From NCBI GenBank assembly GCA_008632985.1, contig QPGO01000090.1, forward strand, positions 62,001 through 126,000: a stretch of DNA of 64,000 nt, in the 5' to 3' direction. The notes beneath the pieces were generated by a model, which was not told the DNA's origin, did not search any database, and saw only the letters and a program-made list of their open reading frames with translations. The stretch is from Psammoneis japonica. Lineage: Eukaryota. A program made the translations under genes and the position numbers. Shown here piece after piece: positions 26,050-36,096 of this stretch (its first letter is position 1; each line of letters opens with the position of its first letter).

Positions 26050-29000
26050 CGAAGTGTCAGTTGAATGAACGAACAATGACATGTGTGTGATTGTGTGGTG
26101 TAATCGGAGACACTGCTTCTTTCCACTCGGCAAAAATGTTCATCACCTCTTCCTTGATTTGTGTTGCCATTTTGATTGACATCTCCCTTCCTGAACTGCA
26201 TTGGTTGCTCTGACCATTCTTCGCCCGCTTTGGATGGGAGAGGGCCAACCGGTGAACCAATCCTAAGATCTCAAAGAGGTGTGTTCTTCATGGCAAGTCA
26301 TTTGGACATTTTGTGCATGACAGTTCAACAAATGACAAATCAGGTTGCTGCTGACATGTCCTTGAGTGCCACATGCACTTTTCTTTTTTTGTTGTCGTTT
26401 TTGAACGCACCGGGAGTGACAAAGTTTGTCACAACATCATCATTTGCCCATGTGCCAAACAGCTTTTGGTTTGTTGCTGCAATTGCACTGTTTGTTGGGA
26501 TGCATTTGCAGATGGAAGAAGCCCTCAAAGACTGCAACAAAGGCTTGTTGCTGCAACCAACTTGTTTCAAGGCCCAGCTTTGTCGTTTCTCCATCTGCCT
26601 GCTGCAAACAACAATTGGAGAAACATGACTGCACACTTGAGGATGCTCTGATGGTCGTCAGAAAGCCAGGTTAGTCTGAACTCAAAAATTCAACCACTTC
26701 CTGATTGGAACAACTGAGCAAGGAACAGTTTGAGAAACTCTGGCAGGAAACAACAATGGGGCAGCTCAAGGATCTTGGCAACTCTGTTTTGGGCAACTTT
26801 GAGCTCTCTCTTTTTGGGATCTTTGTCCCAACACCAGATCCTGCAGCACATCATTCAATCAAAATGACAAGTGGAGCCAGGTGTTTAAATCAAAGCTCAT
26901 TTCAATCCATGTGTTCTTTTGAGTGGGTGGATGGCATGGATGTCAAAGCAAAGGATTGCAAAGAGAGTCTCTTCTGTGATTCATGCAAGCCACCCAACAG
27001 AAAATGCAACAGCCTCTTTCTCAGGAATGCCACATCACTCCAGAGCACACCACCATTTCTGGAGTGTAAAAACACAAAGAGTCACTCTTTTTGTGAGACC
27101 CAGTCACTGCCAGAGTGGGTCACTTGAATCTTGCAGTTGTTGAACAAGTGTCAGAACGTTGGCTGTGTGGTGCAATTGGAGGCACTGCTTCTTTCCACTT
27201 GGTTGAAATGTTTGTCCCCTGTTCCTCAATCTGTGTCACCACTTTGATTGAAGGACCAACAGGTGAACTGACATGCAATCTCAAAGAGTGGAAACTGTGC
27301 AATGTTCATGGTCAGTCAATCAGAGATGTCTTGTGTGACAGTTCAACAAAAGACAAATCAGGTCTCTGTCTGCACATTCTTGAGTGCCATGTGCAACTTG
27401 GTTTTTTGCAGCGCCATTTTCAAATGCACTGGAGCAAGAAAGTTTGTTGTGGCATCATTCAATGACAAAGACATTGCAAAATCAATCAATGTGGGAATGC
27501 CATCATCATGTTCTTGGTCAATGTTGACTTGCACTTTGAGCTCTTGTCCTTGTTGAGGCCATGCTTTGTGCTTGACTCCATCATCATTGTCATCATCAGC
27601 AGTGTTCTCAGGCAAAATGCAAAAAATGCAGGCTGTCCTTTCCAAAATGGCTCTGACACCACCCTCCAGCCACTCTGCAAATTTCAAGCTCTGTTCTTGT
27701 TGCACTGAATTGGTGGGGCAAGAGAAAAGGGCAAACAGGAGTCAGTCTTTTTCAGGAGACAAACTTGCCAGTCCAGTGAATGGGGGGAGTGCCACACAGC
27801 CCAAAGATCTTGAAAACTGACAACCAACAGCAAAATTCAGGTGTCATGTGAGCTTGCCACAAAGGAGGTCAAAGCATGCCAAACAAAGATGGCTGAGGGA
27901 GCTGAGTTCCAGGGTGGGGTTAGAGAGGGAGCAGGTGCTGTTGAGAATCAGCAGCTGAGGCTGCTTCTGCTGCTGAGCAAGCCCACCACAAGGTGACCAG
28001 CAGCAAAGCAGAGCAACTTGGGCCAATCTGTGTGGCAGCTGAGAAGTGGTGAGCAGCCTCAGCAGGTTTGTGAGCTGTTTTGTTGCTGCCTTGAACCTTT
28101 CTCTCTTTGTGCTCAAATTGTCACTGTGCACCCCTGCAAGTGAGTTAACACATGCATCCCAAAAGCAAGTGGGAAAGAAAAGAGGGGCTCAGAGCAGCTG
28201 CACCATGATGCACAATCTCAGAGGGGGGGGGGGGGGGGGCAGGTGAGGCAGCAAACAGGCCCAGTGCAGGTTTGAGTTGGATGCATGCATCTGCAGGGTG
28301 CTGCAATTTCTTGCCTGGCACCAGCAGGTGTCAGAAGCTGTGTGCAGCAAAGGTCATGGAAGACAAAAAGATGAGCTTGTGGTGGCTGGAAGTGCCTCAA
28401 AGCAGGCACCATGTGAGTGCCAGATGAGCTGGTTGAGGCCAATGGGAAAGAGAAGGGTTCAAGCAGTGTCGGGGAAGGCTTGAGCCAGGTGCAATGCTGG
28501 CACAACAGAGAAATGTGTCCACTGAGCCAGCTCAAAAAAAAACTGACAAATCTGGTGAATGTCACCAGAAAGGTGGTGCACAGCAATGCTGGGTGTCAAC
28601 ATGTTTTTTGTGTGTGCCAACTTCACTCTTGTCAGCCATCTCTCTTTGCCTTTTGGCTGCGACTTTTTTGTGGCAACTTTTCCAACATTTCCAACAAAGC
28701 ATTGGCTGCTTGTAAGCTGCTTTTTGAAAGTGGGCTTTCATCAGTGATGATGGTGACAACGCAGAGGAAAAGAGCAGTTGTGGTGAGAAGTTCCTGATGA
28801 AGCAACCACCACAGCCATTAACACACACATGGACAAAGATGGAAAAAGCTGGCACATGCCAAGTGCAGAAGAGCTGTGCACTCAAAAAGATGGAAAGTTC
28901 CAGTGGTGACAGTTTGGAGATGGGCTGCAAGCATTGCAGGTTAAAAATTCACCCACAGTCAAATGAAACATTTGCTCTGTCTGAAAATTGTTGAGATGGT

Positions 29001-29480
29001 CATCAGCTTTGTGAGTTGTTTTGTGAACCTTTTTGTGGGGTGGTTCTACCTGGGTCATCAGGGTGCCCACTCCTGCCTCAGTGTGATTGCAACCAAGGTT
29101 GGATCTTGTGCGAGAAGAATCTTGCATGGATGCAAACCATCTTGACAAATGTCTTGGGAACTGCAGTGCACTTTGCAATGAAAGGCAGCCAAAATTGGCA
29201 AAAAAGATGTTCGAACTGTGGCAACAGACCAATGTGTTTATCGTGTTTTAGCCTGAACCCTTTCAGGGAACATTTGTGCTGGTTGTGTGGAAGGACGTGG
29301 CACTGTTTCGAATGCAGAAGAGAAGACACAAGCTTGGCTGGAATATCAAGAAGTGACCTCCTTACAGATTGCAATGTTGGTTGTCAATCATGGATGTGTG
29401 GGAAAGGGAAATGCAACGGAAAATTGAGCAGAGAAGAAGAAATGGCGTGTCCAGACTGCCGTTGCATTCGCTGAAGAAGA
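26050..29480. pseudogene. Hypermutated block 2: decayed gene(s) with an internal duplication (26090-26430 ~ 27160-27460) and a Cys-rich 3' remnant ending at 29474
   Basis: TA and CG depleted. Duplicated segment CACTGCTTCTTTCCACT...GACAGTTCAACAAA.GACAAATCAGG. CxxC clusters in ORF 29016-29474. No TE motif recognised. Confidence 0.55.
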
Positions 29481-29485
29481 GAAAG

Positions 29486-30742
29486 CTAGAAGCTACATTC
29501 AAGCAACCTCCAGAGAATGTGTTTCAGATGCTTTTCTTTTGAAGAGCAGTGTAAAAAGATGTAATGATAGACACAAATTTTGAATTTTCGCCCTGCATTA
29601 ATGCTGCTTCCCGTCTTGTTGTGGATTTCAGAGACTCCGTCTGGAAGCACCTGTCGAACGTTGATGTTTACTCGATGCTGAGAAAGATAGACCGCTAGCG
29701 CCTCTCTTTCGGAATCTGGCACCAGGCATGTTGACATGGCGGCATCATTTCTTGGACTCACATTCTGTCGGTCCTCTGAAGAGGTACATTCATTATTTGT
29801 TAAAGTAAACTCTTTGGAAACACTGGGGATGGGTACAGCTGCAGGTATCACTCTTGCCATCCCATGAAAACACAATCGGCTTTTCCCTCCCATCATCATG
29901 ACATCTCCAGGACGAACCAAGATTGGAACAACCGGATCTTGTTTTGATTGGCCGCCCAAGAGAAACACTGCTGCTAGCCCCAGACTCATGGACACGACGG
30001 GCTTGTCTAACGCGTACTCCAAATCATCCTGATGACCACCCATGATGGACTTGCAGTGGTAGAAGTTCACAATGCATGCAGACGAAGTAAACTTGAGTGC
30101 TGATGGTTTGGAGGACGGATTTGTATGCCATAGCGACGTCAGTGCAAAGGATGACGCCAATCGAGCTAGATACTGGGGCACTGGAGATTTGGCCTCTTCT
30201 CGATAAGCTCGAGCTGTCCAATCATAATGATATCCCATTGTCGACCACGAAAGTTTGTCAAAACTTCGATACTTCTTCTTTTTCTTCTGTTTGCCGTTTC
30301 TATTTTTCCGACTTTTGTCGTCGTTTCTAGTGACCGACGACGACACGTTTTGCTGCTTCCAGAGTTCCCACATGGAATCATCCGTGTTATTTTCTTCCAC
30401 ATGTTCTCGTGGCGGCATGAGATCAATGTTCGTTCTGTGTGGTTTATCGCAATATTGGGAAACAGAAAGATATGCGAGCTCCATTTGAACTGATTCAGAG
30501 AGCGCTTGAGGTGCGTAGAGAAAATCCGGAGCAGAAGATATGCCATACAGGGGTCCAATGTATTGTTCCGGATGGATCGGTTCAATGGCTTCTACTTCGA
30601 AGATTCGGTCATCTTCTCGTGGATTGGAAAAATCTGCAAGCTCCGTCAAGTCGTCAATCCGATTGGGCGAAGCTCCTTGTCGACGGTGTCTCTGTTGTGC
30701 CCGTTTGAACACGGATGTCCCGCCATCTGCACTTGTTGCCAT
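29486..30742 (-). CDS. ALKBH1: AlkB-family 2OG-Fe(II) dioxygenase, ALKBH1-like
   Basis: LSWSTMGYHYDW, IVNFY...GGHQDDLE (HxD), SMSLG..AVFLLGG, GDV..MGGKSRLCFHG and RVNINVRQV. The extreme C-terminus is uncertain. Confidence 0.88.
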   Translation of the reverse strand: MATSADGGTSVFKRAQQRHRRQGASPNRIDDLTELADFSNPREDDRIFEVEAIEPIHPEQYIGPLYGISSAPDFLYAPQALSESVQMELAYLSVSQYCDKPHRTNIDLMPPREHVEENNTDDSMWELWKQQNVSSSVTRNDDKSRKNRNGKQKKKKKYRSFDKLSWSTMGYHYDWTARAYREEAKSPVPQYLARLASSFALTSLWHTNPSSKPSALKFTSSACIVNFYHCKSIMGGHQDDLEYALDKPVVSMSLGLAAVFLLGGQSKQDPVVPILVRPGDVMMMGGKSRLCFHGMARVIPAAVPIPSVSKEFTLTNNECTSSEDRQNVSPRNDAAMSTCLVPDSEREALAVYLSQHRVNINVRQVLPDGVSEIHNKTGSSINAGRKFKICVYHYIFLHCSSKEKHLKHILWRLLECSF

Positions 30743-31178
30743 TATTCCGAGCTAGTCCTGACAACTTTGTCCGCCTACACGTCGCCGCGACGGGATATCG
30801 ACGTCATTGTCTTTTGTCTATTCCACTTGGTTGTGTCGTTTATTGTGTTTCAAAAATACAATGAATGCGAGAGGGCGGGCCAGGGACATAAACATCCCTG
30901 GGGCGGGCGGGGTTGAAGAATCTGTCAGTCGGGCCGTCTTCCCGCCAAAACGTGCGTCCATCGTCAGTGTCGGAGGGAGAAATTCAAAACTCAAAAACAC
31001 GTACGTCGTGAAATCTACGTCGCTCTCCGTACATTCATTCGAAGCGGCAAGTTGAAGTATGGACGCCCCTTCATTCATCACCGATCGTTCAAAAAGAAAA
31101 GGCAAAACCATCAACAACTGAAGTCGTTGTTGGCAACGTAACTTTCCTCCCTATTACTTCCAACCCCTTCTTTTCAGG

Positions 31179-32221
31179 ATGAGAGTCACTACAGTCGCAC
31201 TTGGAGTCGTCCTCCTTTCTACGGGCGTCTCATCGTTTGTTCCCGTGTCACATCGACATGCTGTGCCTCGTGCATTTGTCTTGAATGCCAAGAAGAAGAA
31301 AAAGAACAAAAAGAAAAAAGCCAAGGTTCAAAAGTCGTATGCAGAGCTGCTTGGACGCACAGATACAAGTCAGGATGGTGAGAACGACACAAAGGAACTG
31401 CATGATTTAGCTTTTCAGTGAAGGAGTCTAACGGATAAAAATTGATTTGACTGTTTTCTACAGAAGGAACTACAACAATGGTCCTGGAACCACCGGCTGT
31501 AGAGGAAACTGTCGCCGAGGCAGCGCCAGTTGCAGAAGAACCTGTTGTCGAGGAACCAGTCGCAGAGGAAGCACTCGTCGTTGAGGAACCAGTTGCGGAG
31601 GAATCGCCTGTTGTGGAGGAGGAACCCGCCGTCGAAGAACCTGTTGCGGAAGAAACACCTGCTATTGAGGAGCCGGTCATTGAGGAGGAGCCCGTCATTG
31701 AAGAACCTGTTGCAGAGGCCGCTCCTGTTGTTCAGGAACCGGTTGTAGAAGAACCTGTTGCAGAAGAAACACCTGTTATTGAGGAGCCAGTCGCAGAGGA
31801 ATTGCCAGTTGTGGAGGAGGAACCTGCCGTTGAAGAACCTGTTGCTGAGGCTGCCCCAGTAGTTGAGGAACCGGTTGTAGAAGAACCTGTTGCCGAGGAG
31901 ACACCTGTTGCCGAGGAGCCAGTTGTGGAGGAGGAACCTGCCGTTGAAGAACCTGTTGCTGCGGTTGCCCCTGCAGTCGAGGAACCGGTTGCCGAAGAAG
32001 CTGCTGTTGTCGAGGAAGAACCTGTCGAGGAGCCTGCTCCTGCAGAAACTGGACCAAAGTTACAAGATGCATCTGTTTACGAATCGATGGGGGTAGAGGA
32101 GCGTGCATTTAGCATTTTGGCCGACCTTGGGATGGTTGGGCTCAACACTGACCCAGAAGATTCTTCGTATGACAACTCCAAAGATGACGAGCTTGTGGCG
32201 GATATTATCTACGAAGAATAA
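31179..32221 (+). CDS. Plastid-targeted protein with poly-Lys patch, long acidic EEPV(A/V)EE repeats and a short C-terminal domain; 2 exons (31179-31377, 31464-32221)
   Basis: Signal peptide ending VSS-FVP. The intron 31378-31463 (GTGAGA..ACAG) joins SQD-E-GTTTMVLEPP in frame. Confidence 0.85.
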
Positions 32222-32382
32222 AGCCACCCTTTTGAGTATCCAAGATTTGTATATCCAAGTCTTCTCTTCTACACGAAATCAGCTTTTAAAAGCACACAGC
32301 GCTACAACTATTCTTTAACAGGAGAGAGTGTAGCATAAAGTAGGGTCTGTTTTATAATCCAAACCGATAGTTTATTGGGCTT

Positions 32383-33395
32383 TTAATCTTTGATGCCGAC
32401 AAGGAGATCGGCATTTGCGTCGCCTTCCCTTAGCGGATCGAAAATCGAACTCAGCGTAACCTTTCGGCTTCCAAGATCAGGAACTTTGGCGTCAGCGCCC
32501 TCTCCGTAAAAGTCTTCGGCTTCAGTGCTGGAAGTGTAGGTGATGACGCATTTCATTCCCTGTCGAACAACAACGCCAATCATCAGGTCATCGTGAAAAG
32601 TTGATGAAACTAAACGTCCACAAATGTATGACTTACCGCGCCCTTTGCAGCTTTCAGACCAATCATACTGTCCTCGATAACCACACAACGACTTGCGTCG
32701 ATGTTTATTCGCTCAGCTGCTGTAACATATATCATTGGGTCGGGTTTGAGCTTTGATACATCGTTTCCAAGAATGCAAACATCAAGTTTCTTTCTCCTGT
32801 CTTCGCCCAAAGCAACGTCCAAGACCTTAGTTACGGCTTCTTTTGTTGAAGCCGAGCACACTCCAACGGCAATGGATTGATCATTGATTGCCTCGTCCAT
32901 CAATTCCAATACACCTGGACGCGGAACCGCCTTTTCAGCAATCAGCTCCTTGTACAGCTCCGTTTTGTGCGCCTGGAGCGAATCCACAAGGTTTTGCTGT
33001 TCTTCGGGGGTCACTGGGGCCGGTTTGTCCCCGGATAAAGGGAACGCCTTGGTTATATTACGGAAATGGAAAAACATTTTACCCTTGCCTCCTCCCACAG
33101 TATTTTGCAACACATCATAATATTCCACCGACCATTCAACAGGGTTTCCGTCAATCGTCAGGTCCGCAGCTTTAAAGGCCGCATTATAAGCTAGTCGATG
33201 GAGTTCTTCTGTTTCGATGATGACACCATCGCAATCGAAGATTAGCGCGTACTCGAACCCACTTTCAGCTGTTGCCTGCGTCGAAGTCTGTCTCGAGACG
33301 AACGATGGTGAACTACTAGCACGAGGGGCAAAAGCATGCGCGCTAGCAATCAGTGTGACAAGTAGGCACGTTGCGAATAGGGTGACTGAGTTCAT
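32383..33395 (-). CDS. cbbY: CbbY-like HAD-superfamily phosphatase, plastid-targeted; 2 exons (33395-32637, 32559-32383)
   Basis: AHA-FAP targeting motif, LIFDCDGV..ETEELHRLAYNAAF, VGGGK, PRPGV, KPDP.IY and VIEDS.IGL.AAKGA|GMKC. Intron 32560-32636. Confidence 0.92.
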
Positions 33396-33869
33396 TGTTA
33401 CAAAGGTGGCGTTTGGCTAGAGGTGCAGACAAGTTACTATCGACGACGATAGCGACGCAAATTTCCAAATTGAAAATGTGAGGAACACGTCACAGGTCAC
33501 AGCGTCGAAAGACAGTGCGTGCGTGCAACGGACGAACTCAGAACGGTGACGAGGGCAAGGCGCGCGCATGACGGACTGACCCTACGGTAGCTGATGAGAT
33601 AGATCTATCTCTCTCTACTCTCTAGAGAGTACGGTAAGTAAGTAGAGTCTACTCTAGTCTCTCTACTCTAGAGCCTAACAAGCAAGCTTAATGCTGCCAT
33701 GGTAAAGCTCAGCTCAATTGAATTCGGATTTGGAGTATCAGAGGTTTCCTTGATAGTGTTGAGTTATAATCAATAGCGATTTCTCGGGTTTGTCATTATT
33801 ATGAGTTCGAGCTAAAACGATTGGTCGACCGAGCAGAATTAATAGGGAGCGCTGTCTTCACTGCTCTGT

Positions 33870-35303
33870 CTAACTCATACCTTCCAGAGACATGGTGTAC
33901 TGCGTAATGAAAAAGATAGATACGATACCGCTCATCAGGGAAGCAAACTTTTTCCATTTGTGCTCTGGTTCTTCCCACTCTTCAGGGATTACTTCTGTCG
34001 CGCCCACGTACACAAAAGTTCCAGCTACGACTGCAAGCATGACTGCATCTACAATGGGTGCAGCAAACTCATTCACCGCCATCCCCAGCGCAACCCCAAT
34101 TGGACCCATAGCGCTAAATATAGACAAAAACTGAATAATATCATTCTTGGACATGCCAGACTTCAGAAACGCCACCAGCAGCGCGATAGATTCGGCAGGC
34201 TGTAACGAGAAAGGGAGATCAGAAGTTGATGCTGAGAATCAATGCAATTCGCAAAACACAATGGATATACAAAGGAAGGAAAAGCATACCTGATGAAGCG
34301 CAATTGATAGAGTCAAGAGGGCGGCATCACCAAACGAGTCTGCCAAGCCCAGTGCCGCCATCTCCAGGACACTATGAACGGCCAGTGCACCCAGCAAGAT
34401 GACGGCGCTGCGGCTGCTACTTTTGGTTTCGCCATTTCCCTGTTGTTTGGCTTCTCCGTTTACAGCAGTCTGCCCACCTTCTTCCATTTCATGCAAGGCC
34501 CCGTGTGCATCAAACGCAACCTTTTCAACAAAGAAAATCAAAAGGTAGCCGCCCAAAACCAACATGTACGGCATGACCTCATTGTACCCGTGAAATCCAT
34601 GAACGCACTCTGGAATTAAATGACCAAAGGCAAGAGACAGAAACACTCCACCCGAAAAGGCATTCGCTAAAGACAAGGCCAGTTTGTTCTCCGTCATTTT
34701 CTTGCTTCGAAGAGGAACCAACCAACAGAAGACATTGATGGCGGTCAAGAAAGCTTGGAAAAGAACCTTCCAAAGATTCAACGGAAGACCATAAGGTGCT
34801 GGTGCATGTGTATGACCACTGCCAACAGAAGATGCCACGGTCTCTGCCGCCTCTTTTACTGGTACGTGTCCTCCACGAGGTATACTATGACACTTTTTAA
34901 TGATTTGCTCGCGGTCCATACAGTTGGAGCATTCCAGACAACAATCCTCTGCAAAGCGCTTTGCCGTACTGATTCGTCGTGCCAATCGATTTCTAGGATA
35001 TAGTCGAGCAGGAGGCAAACTGGGTGTGGCTAAACATGACTTTTCTCCCGGAGTAATCGCATCAGCGGTTTCACAGTCGTTTTCTGCTTGTGCCCGTCGG
35101 GCTGCTCGAGCAAATGGACTATCTTCATAGGGCACTCCGCGACTCCCTCTTGCCCAGTGATCATGAGACCATGATTGATAGGTAGACCAAAAGGTAACTG
35201 CGTTTGACAACGAGACACTCTCGGCAAGAAGTATCAATCCGAGTGTCAGAATACCTTTTGTATGTAGATCTGTCGGCTGTTTTCGATGACAATGTCGAGC
35301 CAT
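33870..35303 (-). CDS. ZIP-family zinc/iron transporter; 2 exons (35303-34290, 34199-33870)
   Basis: ANAFSGGVFLSLAFGHLIPE, ALAVHSVLE, IALHQ|PAESIAL and AGTFVYVGATEVIPEE. Intron 34200-34289. Confidence 0.92.
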
Positions 35304-36096
35304 GGCGTTTGAAGTTCTACTCTTCTTTTTTTCTAGTGACTGAAACTGTCTCAATTCTTCTCAAGGCAACACAATCTGTGCCTTCATGCACTGAGCACGT
35401 TGAAAATGTTTCAAGTTCATGAGCAATGAGCAACGAGCAGCTCACAGCACGACGAGAGTGTTCTATTCTCGCGGTGATGCTGATACCGCCGCGTGTAGAA
35501 ACCTACGGAGAAGTACGTACGTGAGCTTGGAGGGAGAAACGAGAGAGGGACGGACGCCGTAAGGACCGCAGTCGCTCGGTCGTAGCATGAATCTACCGTA
35601 TGAGACGTCGAACGTGTTGTAGAAGTCATTGGGCACAGGCAATGGACTCCAGAGCTCATTGGTGATGTCACACCAGGCGATCCAACCAGATTTGCAGGGT
35701 GTGGCTGCCAGGTGCGTCCAGGAACCTCCGAATTGACTCCGGGTCAAACTCTCGTGTTTCATCAATGCATCTTACAAAATGTCCTCTTCACCTTTGGGTG
35801 ATCTGCCAAGCCCAAAGAAACAGATTTGCCAAATTGGGGGGAGCGACACAGCCAGTCAACACCTCTTCCATTGACTTGCAGTTGTGCAAACCATCTGGGA
35901 TTGGGTGCAGGGCTTCAGGCCAAGGAGCCAGCAAGAGAAACTTTTTTGAACCACTCCGCCATGGCATTGAATGACGCTGACTGCCCTGTGGCGCCAATGC
36001 CAATCTAGAACAACAGTCAGAGCTTCTGCAAATTCACTGCTCTTCCCAGAAAATTGCCAAAGGCAGAGGCAAACTCTTGCAGGTTGAGACAGGAGG

